DNA of 56,920 bases, filler included, from Sphacelaria rigidula (Eukaryota), in the NCBI GenBank assembly GCA_964200075.2. It is 8 parts of 8 records of this genome, joined end to end, with 100 filler letters (N's around TTAATTAATTAA, not from the genome) between each part and the next. Parts side by side here need not be neighbours in the genome. Positions count along the whole stretch, not along the records: positions 21,386 to 28,412 come from CAXNAA020016882.1; positions 28,513 to 35,539 come from CAXNAA020016883.1; 6 more parts are not named here. One strand, given 5' to 3'. This document shows, one piece after another, positions 25,301-35,639 of the stretch (within the stretch, counting starts at the first letter, position 1; each line of letters begins with the position of its first letter). The notes below the pieces were generated by a model, which was not told the DNA's origin, searched no databases, and saw only the letters and a list, made by a program, of their open reading frames with translations. The position numbers and the translations under genes are program-made.

Positions 25301-27682
25301 AATTGTTCAAGGATGTGAGGTCCACTGCGGAACGCCTATTCCCTCATCGACGACAAAAACAGCTCCAGCGTGTGACCATCAATGAGTTGATCGCGACTCT
25401 CGAAGATGGACACGTGATCATGGTGGCAGACTTCCAAGAGCGCTATACACATGACGAGCAGGATAAGGTTCGATCCCAACACTGGAATCGCGATTCCACA
25501 ACGCTGTTTCCGGTTCCAGTTTTTTTCAAGCTCAACGGTAAGGTATGGGTATACTCGTTTGTTGTGCTGAGCGACGACAAATTGCAAGACAATACCTGGG
25601 TGCAACGCACCTTCACCCGACTACTACAGACAGAAATACCATCCATGCTTGAGAGAGTCGGAGCCACACCCATGACGCGTGTGACTGTTGTGACGGATAA
25701 TTGCGGGAAACAGTTCAAGTGTGCGACGTCATTCGGGCATATCGGTGACTGTAAAGTGTACGTCATCGACCAACCGGGCAGCCGTATCCACATCGAAGCA
25801 CACTACTTTGCCGCCTGCCACGGCAAGAGCGTGTCGGGCAGCGAAGGCGGCGTGGTGAAGACATTCGCCAGGAATCAGGTCCTTAGAGGGCGAATGCGGA
25901 TCCTGAGCTCCTTTGATCTCTTCGAGAAACTTGCGCTCGAGCTAGACTTCGAACTTCGAGAAGTGGACAAGACTACAGCGCAGGACTCCTCCGGGAAGAT
26001 AGGTGGTGGGTAGCTGCTGATGTCGAATACCAGAAAGGTGAGTGTCATTGTCACATCGCCTGCTGCAAAGGGTACAATGCCGTGCATTTCTGCACATGAA
26101 GTACGAGTCCGCAGTGGGGTAGCGCTCGCGTGCGTATTACGTGCATTAGTGATGCGAGAGGCCGTGCACGACCCAAAGCCTCGCCATTTGATTGACAGTG
26201 CCATCATTATATGAAGTGGCACTGATCCCAATCATACGCCCCGTGTTGTCTGCTCGTGTGTATGTGCAACCCAGGGCGCGAACGACCCCAACGACGAAAC
26301 GACAACATTCGCGCTGACAAAACAGAAGAATACACTCCTCGGACGGAAGATGATCTTCGTCCGAGAAACGGTGAGAAACGGATGTAGCGGCAACACGCCA
26401 ATCTGCACAGTCGCCACTTCGGGCTATCCACGTGACCGGTTGCATGTCGCAATCTCGGATCGCCGCAACGTCCACCCCGGGAGTGGTGGCAGCATACCAG
26501 CTATCTTGCGGGTGAGACTCTAGCCGCAGAAGCGTAGGGGATGTGCTAAAAAACGTTTCTGCCTGAGATGACGTGATGAATAGTAGATAGGAAATTGTGT
26601 CGACTAATACATGAGATTAGGCGAAAAGCAACCACAACCGGGCGCCACACAAAGAGCACATGGGCTGCTATCCGTGAATAGCGACTGTCTCTCGCCACTT
26701 GCTATCAACAGGCAAACAACAGGAGGAGGACTCCTACTGACTCTGAGGACCACTCGATCCACCTTGACTGCTTCCCTGTTCTCGGAGAAGGTGCCACAGA
26801 TGCCGCACTGGCCAGGGGCACATGTGTCCACTGATCCGGCAAGGAGTGATTCCGGTACCAGTGGAATGGGCGCGGCGCACAGACCGGGATGAGCCAGTCA
26901 GTACACGGGAGCTGGAACTGAAAGACACTTTCCGGTGCATGCAGTGTCACCTAGCTTACGGTTCTACCGCGCTCATGCGCGTTAATCCTAGCGAAAACGG
27001 GGGCCGGAACCTTGTACCTGTTGTGATCGCGCGAAGATCGCCATGCCCATGGGAGAGGGCGTTCTCGTCCTACGGTACTTTCACTCCTGGGGACATCATG
27101 GTTTGGACTCACGTTATACATCCAATGTCGAGTGACAGACAAGTGCCACGGTTCCGCGTGTCGTCTGATACCGTGAGCAACGACAACCAGCGAGCCGTCC
27201 CCCTCGTGACCGTCGCCGCCCAGGGGGTGCCCATGTCTGCATACATGAAGCAGAGCACGAAGAATCCTTCGATGTGGAAGATGAAGACGTCAGCGATCAA
27301 GAATGCACGCAGCAATGCCGTATTGATTTCCTTAAATCCTTCACAGGCCCTCATCAACCATGCTGAGGTCGTTCTCGAGGCATGCGATACCCACAGTTCC
27401 CCCGTCCTCGCGCGCGGCATATACCCCGAGGGAACGTTGCTACAGAGGAAGGTTCGCGCACCGACAGTGTACATAGAGTGCCAACGCCGTGCGAGGCCAG
27501 CTTGGCAAGGGGCCAAAGATTTCGCGGGGGAGATTGTGGGGCAACAGTTCGACGCGAAATCTCGCCGGTACTCATACGAGGTAAAATGGAGCGGGGGTAC
27601 GCCAGGAGAGATAGCCTTAGCGGGTCTTGAGGGCGTGATCGACGAGGGCGCAGTTCAGCGGGTGCTTCTGGACCATCGGTGA
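22328..27682 (+). pseudogene. Spliced Sola2-type DDD transposase. Exons ~22328-22805, 23040-23313, 23680-24312, 25270-26037, 26275-26511, 26791-27682
   Basis: Five phase-compatible GT-AG introns. Motifs CCLCPHC, ADFQERY..QD..SQHW, SFVVLSDD, TDNCGKQFK, HYFAACHGKS.SGSEGGVVK, and spliced LSCG|CHRC..G. Lesions: frameshift near 22395, TAG at 26011, 10-bp duplication near 26365. Confidence 0.85.
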
Positions 27683-28512
27683 TTGCGATCACGACTCGAG
27701 CTTCATTACAGTTGCCCAGGTGATGTGTACATCTCGATAAGTCACACCCGTGCAATGCTGTGTGAATGAAATCCCCTCTTCAATAGTGTAACTACCCGAC
27801 AACGACGATTCAGGGCACATGCACAGCACGCTACTATGTACTAACGACATTTCTACGTCTTCTAAGGTTCGTTATGCTTTTACCCTCTTCTCATTACATT
27901 GATTACTTCGACATGGCACATACGTCGACAACTTGGTATGCGCGACCATCGCCGGACGAGCGCGTGGTGATGCAGGTTTAAGAAAAAATATCCTCAGTGG
28001 GACTATGGTTATGTGGCTGACCCGGTTTCAAAACCAGCCACCAACGGCGTCTGGAGGAACATATGTCGTTTCGCAAAAGCGATGGCGAGCCCAAAGCAAC
28101 TGTCCCGAACCAGCACATAGGCCCGAAACTACCACATCGACATATATGATGAACACACGCCATGTCACCCGTTGATGGACTGTCTCCGGTGCACTTATTT
28201 GTGGGTGGGGCAGTCGCAGCGTCACAAAATGCTGCACATGCAGGGCTATTTTTTCATAGCTGGGTTATCGATATAGCCATATTCCTCTCAACTGCAAGTT
28301 TTTTACTCCATAATAGGCTATGTGTCGCTGCATGTAATTTTCAATAAACAACAACAAATTGTGCGAATTGAGGTTTAACTCCGAGATGAGGTTCAAGCCT
28401 AAAACAGTACTTNNNNNNNNNNNNNNNNNNNNNNNNNNNNNNNNNNNNNNNNNNNNTTAATTAATTAANNNNNNNNNNNNNNNNNNNNNNNNNNNNNNNN
28501 NNNNNNNNNNNN

Positions 28513-28590
28513 CCGGGTTTGTAGGGATGCGAGGTCAATGGTCTGATGACTAGGGCATGCATGATCATGAGTACACCGCCCCCCCCCCCC
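28513..28590 (+). repeat. Family B 3' end + poly(C)
   Basis: Matches 110-180. Confidence 0.85.
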
Positions 28591-29169
28591 TCCTTGCTAT
28601 GCAGAGCTCGGTTGGGCAATTTCCGTAGTTGGGTACTGATCTAGACCTTCTCGTATGACGTCCTCCCCTCTTAATGAACAGTCACGGCATCGATAGATAT
28701 TGCGGGGAAAAGGCAGGTCGTGCTTAGAACACAATACTCAATTTGTGTTGTCGGGGTGATACGGGGTAAACACCATACTTATCAAGGGGTGTCATCGACC
28801 GTCACTGGAACAGACAGGTTTTCGTCTCAAGAGCAATGAATAGGTATGGCTTTGAAAAGATACACCCTTCCACATTGTTCACGAGAACGATCGGCATTGC
28901 TTGAAACGGGTAATAATGCCCACAAGGATCAGAATTCTGGGAATGGGTAGTTGTTGAATTTGGGCGTCTAATAATAAGTGTACGGATGATTTTGTTTCCG
29001 AATGCAGACAGCATGCCTAGCAGCCCCTAATCCTCGAAATTGTGGAACCAACGTTCACCGGGATGAGGGACAGCATAGGAAAACTCAAGAGAAAATTACG
29101 ATAAAGTTATAGAATTCCTGTATATTACATAAAGAGTTCGACCGCATGCCTGATGAGGCACGGTTGTGT

Positions 29170-30315
29170 GCTTGTACGTGGGCGAGAGTGGCCCGCTAGC
29201 TTCACAAGGTTTGTCGGAGGATGCTGGGTTTCGAAAATGTTTGGTAATCATGGATGATTTGAGAAACTTTGTGGCTCTGGAACCAGTAGCAGTGAGTACT
29301 GCTGAATCGACTGCTGCGTCTTTGCTGAATTGGTGCAGACCTTTGAAAGTGCCCCGTGTGTGGGTGAGTGATACCGATAGGCATTTCAAGAATGCGGTCT
29401 TAGCCCGATTGCGAGAGGTTTTGCGCGTTGATCACCAGTTTGCGGTAGCGTATTCTCCGTGGTCGAACGGTACGTGCGAATGCATGGTCAAGGAAGTAGT
29501 TCGTGCTTTTTGCTCTATTCTTCTCGAGCAGCGTAGAGCGGTTTCCGAGTGGATGGACGTGTTGCCGGCGGTGCAATGGGCGCTTAATATAGCGTACCGT
29601 CGTCGTTACGATAGTACGCCGTACCACGTGATGTTCGGTCATGCCCCTTGGACGTCTTTCTCGGTGCTGGCATCTTCGTCGGCGGGGGAATGGAAGCGTG
29701 ATGTTTTGGACGATGTTAAAATTAAGAGTGCATTGCTAGGAGTCTTAAACTTGCAAGAACGTTTCCACGTTCAAGTGCAGGATCATGTCGCCGCTGAACG
29801 TGCGCGTAGACGTGAGGGGGTCCTCGTCGGGGCTGAAATTGCCGAATTTTGAGGTAGGCGACCATGTCTTGTATGCACGCGTGCGTCGTCCCGGTGTTAC
29901 GCCCAGATTGATGGCGACGTGGACTGGTCCATGGAGAGTGGTTGGTGCTCACCACCCGCACGTGTTTGAGATTCAGAACATTGTTTCGGGTCGTGTTCAG
30001 ACCGCCCATGCAGCTCATTTGTGTATTTTTGCAGACTCGCAGCTTAATGTTACGGCTGATGTTAAGGACGTTTTCCGGCATGCTTTCAATCAGGGGCAAT
30101 TTCAGATTGCTGGGAATGTCCGAGTGGCAGAAGCAGATGATCGTTCGTTGATCGTGGTGGTGGACTGGGTTGGAATCGAAGTTAAGGAGCGTACGTGGGA
30201 GCCTTTCAAGATATTTTTGAGGCCGCTGCGGAATTTCTCACGAAGGAGTTGCGTGAATTGCGCGTGACTGGTGGTGTTGCTGCTCGTTTGACGAGTGAGT
30301 TTGGTATTCAATTAT
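29170..30315 (+). mobile_element. Ty3/Gypsy (chromovirus-type) integrase core, GPY/F region and chromodomain, frameshifted
   Basis: VWVSDTDRHF, AYSPWSNGTCE, QWALN, TPYHVMFG, WTGPWRVV; chromodomain-like LIVVVDWVG.E..ERTWEP. Confidence 0.88.
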
Positions 30316-30393
30316 GACTTACTCATCGTTTTGGCGGTTTTTTTATATGTCAAGCTTGTTGATCGATTTTCGTCCAACGCGTTTTGGGGGTGC

Positions 30394-30640
30394 TGTGACG
30401 AAAATACGCCGTTACGTTGAGTTGGTAATAATGATATGGATCATGACCGTTGGTAGTGATGATCAGGAAAATGACCGGAGTCGCTAGGTTGATACTCTGG
30501 CGTGTCTAGGTGGGTGCCTTGGAAGGGCATTCCTGAATAGTGAGAATGTTGTAAAGGCTGGCAACTGAAACCGAGGCCAGTAAGACTGGGGAGTCCTCAG
30601 CAGCAGTGATCCAACAGTACTTCCACTGGCTGGCGTCACA
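30394..30640 (+). repeat. 3' LTR of the chromovirus (247 bp)
   Basis: Perfect 7-bp inverted termini TGTGACG...CGTCACA, immediately after a G-rich PPT-like GGGGGTGC. Confidence 0.8.
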
Positions 30641-30754
30641 TGCCATTTCAGTGTAAATTGTGTTGAGGTGTCCTCGGAGGCATTGAAGCAACAGGATATA
30701 ATTCTCGTGTCATGATCATAAAGTAGTGCACGACAACATGTATTGGACATTTGC

Positions 30755-31853
30755 CCCGGGAACAGAACATTCAATAAATATTGCGCATGCTTTGCGCCCC
30801 AGTGGTGTAATGGTCCAACTGTCGCCAATAGGGTGGAGAGAACGGGGGTTCGATTCCTGATGCATTGGGGTTTTTCGTCATGTATGAATTCTACCGTGGA
30901 AAGTGCGAGAACGTGAGTAAACAAAGTAGTCGACTGGGTTTGTGTGACGTGAGTTGACGCGGTGCGGGAGTGCTGACCCAATCCACGAGGCCAAAATTAC
31001 AGGCACGTACCGGGGGAGAGATGGGTTGATCCCTGAGACCACGGACTCATCCCGAGGAAGTGGAGGGGTTCAAAGTGTGAGGGGAAAAAACATGCCGGCC
31101 GTGTATGTATTGAAGTGTCAATATATATTGAGTCGAAGCGATGTGTGACATTTTGTCATCAAAATATGTACTGAACGAAAACCATGCACAAGTATTGTTT
31201 TTCAGATATATTGCACACTCTCGTTGCATAGCTGTTGTGCAGCCAATATACATTGAACACGCTCGCGGAGGAATATATCAAGCGTTTTTCGCATGTGGTG
31301 ATACATATTTCAATGGCGCCCGCGAACATAGAACTACCCGCCATACTAATTTCAATACAATTTCCAGACTACATGTTGGAAATCAATATTCATATATTGC
31401 TATTCCAATGTGTATTGTGACCGTCCGTTCCCTCGTGTATTGTCCGCCCAATATATATTGGGTGCATTGACGCACGACATATTGGGGCGGCAATATATAT
31501 ATATATATATATATATTGGCGCTTCGGGTGTTGAGTATGTTGAATCATCAATACATATTGATCTCGTGTGGCAGCCAATATATTACTCGACAAAAATATG
31601 TATCAGTGCCTTACCGCACCAACATGGTACTCGATCAATATATATATTGAGGTGGCGCGTGTCGTGATATATTGTTCGGTCGATATGTATTGCATGTCGC
31701 GAGACTTCACATATTGATGGCACAAAATATTTTGATCCTCTCTCATACCATCATATTGCTCGTCCAGTATATATTGACCACCCGACGCGTTGACAACTTG
31801 AGCGGGCAATATATATATGTATATATATATATTACATATTGTATTGTCCAGGG
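30755..31853. repeat. AT-rich element with many AATATATATTG motifs and weak terminal inverted repeats
   Basis: Recurring CAATATATATTG/ATATTG motifs; ends CCCGGGAACAGAACA and TGTATTGTCCAGGG are loosely complementary. Confidence 0.4.
30794..31090 (+). mobile_element. tRNA-derived SINE, full length
   Basis: A box TGGTGTAATGG, B box GGTTCGATTCC, A-tail, CATGC near both flanks; homologous to 3508-3810. Confidence 0.87.
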
Positions 31854-32395
31854 TATGAAATGTTTCCGAACTAGATATATAGTAGGGTGATCGGAGCTTC
31901 GCATGAATACAGGGGTCTGAGTACTTGGGTTGAACTTCATCTATCATGCCTTTAGGTTCGAGAAAGCATTGTATTGGAGTCAAACCTCATCCTCATTTCA
32001 CAAACGAGTAATGCCATGCAGAGTGATGCAACCGAGTAAACGTGAAGTACATATTGTCCGGGATCGAACCAATCACGGTACTCTTGTCAGAATCACAACA
32101 ACACCCAAAGATCAATCGACCTAGGTGTTTACAGCTTCAGATTGACTCCTCGACTAGTCGACGAGGTGTTTCCAAGCGTGACTCAATCTGTCGGGGCAGT
32201 ATCGAGTACGTTGCCATTCGGCGCGTGGTGTCTTACCGTCTGGATACTTGAATGAGTTGTTTTCTAATATCTTCTCGCGTATGTATCCTACAATTTCCCG
32301 TCAACAACTTTGGGTTCGGCGGCACTGTCACTTTACCTTCCATGACACCACCTTGCATCCTGCTGTGGATGTTCCTGGGCTGCATTGTGTCTCAC

Positions 32396-32476
32396 CTCCA
32401 TTTTCTTCTGCACTGTTGCTGACAAAAGTCGTATTACCGCCAGTGGTGACGTCGCCCTCATACACACCGATAGCAC
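32396..32476 (-). CDS. Symmetric phase-1 exon encoding one GGAI/FxxN (Pmp-like beta-helix) repeat
   Basis: CCCCGCAG| acceptor, |GTGAGA donor, 81 nt: GAIGVYEGDVTTGGNTTFVSNSAEENGG. Confidence 0.8.
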
Positions 32477-33791
32477 CTGCGGGGAGAGCAAGAAGGACCC
32501 ACCGAGCTTTCAAATGCGCATGAGGGACGGGTGGTCACACGTGCGTCGATGTCTTCACGCTAGACAGATGTAAAGTGCCGCCGTGGTGGTTACGTACGCC
32601 ACGACGGTAACGCTTGTCTCTGGATGCCCTTTTCTGTATACCGGTGCTGTCGTGAAGATAATACGGCAGCTGCACATCCGGATCAAATAAATACGGTTGC
32701 AAATATTTCCGGACAGGATATATGGTAGGGTGATCGGAGCTTTAAATCACATGGATGTATACACGAATATCACCCGTTGTGGTCTTAGATAAGGGGAAGT
32801 AGTGTTTGGGAGTCAACCCTTATCTTCATTTTAAAACCATATCTGTCAGTATCTTCTGTTCATAGACGTGCGGCAAGACATTACGGTGTTGCTTCCCCTC
32901 TGCTATTTATCTTCTTCATCGTCTGTTTCCACCAAAATAAGGGCATCAGCTATGTTCTGCATCACCATGAAGCTACAGGGAGTGCTGGCTGTTGCATTCA
33001 GTACGAAACGTGACTTGTTCCATAAGAGAGGCACTTGGAGTGGACCGACCACTTCTGATCATGAAGGAGAGCTTGCGGCTACGGACGCCGAGCAAAGGTG
33101 ACCTTGCAGCCGAACACTCACGATGTGGGGTTGCTCAGTCACGTTCGTAACCAACACCCCCAAAACGGTAGGAACGTACAATCGTCAGAACGCAACACAC
33201 ACTACGCCACGACTCTGCAGTGCTTCGTAGATCCCCGCATTGTGGCGGATCCTGGCCATTGCCTTGTTTACACGACAGAAGTTTACCGACGCAACCATCA
33301 TCATCAGGTTACAGGTTGTCAGCACAAGACGTACCTCAAACATTACGGATAGGGGCTGCCCGTCATGGCACAAAACCTCTCTCAAACGAGTAATGCCACC
33401 CAGAGCTTACACGATACTGATACCCAACCGAGCGAACATGAACCAGATGTGGTTCGGTATCGACACCATCACCGTGCTCCTTTCAGAATCAAAGCACCTC
33501 ACAAACAATCATCGATCTAGGTCTTTACAGCCATAGATTGAACCTTCGAGTAGTCGACGAGGTGTTTCCAAGCGTGACTTAATCTGGCGGTGCAGCATCG
33601 AGTACGTTGCCATTCAGCGTATGGTATCGCGGCGTCCGGGTGCTTGAATGAGTTGTTTCTCCACACCTTCCCTCACATAAGTTCTACCATTTATCTTAAA
33701 CAACCTTGGGTTCGGTAGCATTGTCGCTTTGCCTTCCATGACCACCACTTTGCTCCTTACTAGAGGTGCCTAAGGCTGCATTGTGTCTCAC

Positions 33792-33869
33792 CTCCCGTCG
33801 TCGCGCTGTTGCTGACGAACGTTGAAGTGCCGTGAGTGGTGACGTCGCTGCCAAACACAACGATAGCAC
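33792..33869 (-). CDS. Second symmetric phase-1 GGAI/FxxN repeat exon
   Basis: CCCCCCAG| acceptor, |GTGAGA donor, 78 nt: GAIVVFGSDVTTHGTSTFVSNSATTGG. Confidence 0.8.
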
Positions 33870-35423
33870 CTGGGGGGAGAGCAAGAAGGACGCACCGAGC
33901 CTTCAAAAGCGCGTGAGGGACGTTTTGTCACACCTGCACCAATTTCTTCATGCAAAAGCACTCGGAACACGTGCCGCTTCGGAGGTTACGTACGCAACGA
34001 AAACAACGCTTGCCTTGCGATGCTCCACTCTGTACACCGGTGCTGTCTTGGAGATAGACGGCAGCGGCACAACAGTACCAAATATATACGGTTGTGAATG
34101 TTTCCGTACTAGATATATGGGAGGGTGATCGGAGCTTTGCATGAAGCAGAGGATTCTCAGTAATGGGCATTGAACATAAAAATGAGGTTCAACACCCAAA
34201 CAGTGCTCTTCCTGACCTTGAGTCACGATGAATGACTATCATATGGTCGGCCGCATCCCCCCCTGATATCCTTCAACTATTTGGGGGGATTCCCGTCTCC
34301 ACTTCCCCCGTTACCCCAGAGGGTATAAGCATATGCACGATCTTTGGTATTCGAAGCGTCCCTCTTTTTCACCTCGAAATCGAGGCAAAATCATTGCTTT
34401 CGCACATACCCTTCGGGGGTATGGAAGTCTGGAACCACCTCAAAAACATTTTTAGGGAGGTCTGGGGGGATATGAACATAATCTGTTATGCCTTTAGGTC
34501 CGATAAAGTACTGTTTAGGAGTCAAACCTCATCTTCATTCGTCAGCCATAGTTTTTTCAGGATCTTTTGTTTGTTGACGTGCGGCGAGACATAACGGTGT
34601 TGCTCTGCCTCGCTCTGATACCCCTCCTCTTCATTCCACATTCGCAAAAAAATGAGGGCATCAGCTATGTTCCACATCACCATGAAGCTACGTGAAGTGC
34701 TGACTATCAGATAAACACACAGGGTAGGCTTGTCGTTCGACAAGTGAGACGCTTGGAGTGGTTCTACCATGTTTGACCATGAAGGAGGGCTTGCAGCTAC
34801 GGATGCCGAGCAGAGGTGAGCTTGCAGTCGAGCGCACACAGGGTGGGGTGTGCGCGTTCACGTTCGTCACCAACACACCCAACATGGTAGGAAGATGCAA
34901 CCGTCAACACACAACACACACTACGCCACCACTCTGCGGTGCACGGCGGATCCCCGCATCGTGGTGGATCCTACTCATTGCCCTGTTTACACGAATGTGA
35001 TTTACCGACCCAACCATGCATCATCAACTCACAGTTTGTCGGCACCACACGTACGTACTTCATACGTGACGAACGAGTGCTGCCTGTCACGGCACAGTAC
35101 CTCTTCCAGACGAGGAACGCCATTCAGAGCTCAGAGGGCATCAGTACTCAACCGAGCGAACATGAAACATCTATAGTCCGGGACGGAAACTATCACGGCA
35201 CTCCAGGAGGCGCACCAGACTTATCTGTCCTTGTCAGTGTTCGTTCATCAATTTCATACACGGTTGTGAGTTTTATTCCAGGTCTATTTTGCTTTTGGGG
35301 TTTTGTTTGATTTCTTCATACCATATTATATGAGTAGCTAGCCTGTGACCACGGAAGGCGTCCACATCAGATGCCCAGTACGAATGTATCGCGCAGATAT
35401 CGGGACGGTTTTAAATGTGAAGA

Positions 35424-35469
35424 CAACAACAACAACAACAACAGCAACAACAACAACAACAGCAACAAA
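35424..35469. repeat. (ACA)n microsatellite
   Basis: Direct reading. Confidence 0.9.
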
Positions 35470-35639
35470 GGAACTGACGGAACAATTTGAAAAAGTCATG
35501 AAATTTTCCGGAGAAATGCCCTCCGGTATGGGGGGGGGGNNNNNNNNNNNNNNNNNNNNNNNNNNNNNNNNNNNNNNNNNNNNTTAATTAATTAANNNNN
35601 NNNNNNNNNNNNNNNNNNNNNNNNNNNNNNNNNNNNNNN

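Larger units (their letters stand above)
31855..35210. repeat. Tandem ~1.4-kb intron-exon duplication units (about 2.5 copies)
   Basis: Anchor ATATATRGxAGGGTGATCGGAGCTT at ~31875, ~32720 and ~34115; 32000-32740 aligns with 33380-34140; 32790-33490 aligns with 34500-35200. Confidence 0.9.

Noticed and set aside
8670-27682. One large element combining the SF2 ATPase and the Sola2 transposase
   Set aside because: They are on different, unlinked contigs.
30794-30865. tRNA gene (also 656-725, 3740-3810, 46260-46325)
   Set aside because: A/B boxes are present but there is no complete cloverleaf, and each continues into a repeated SINE body.
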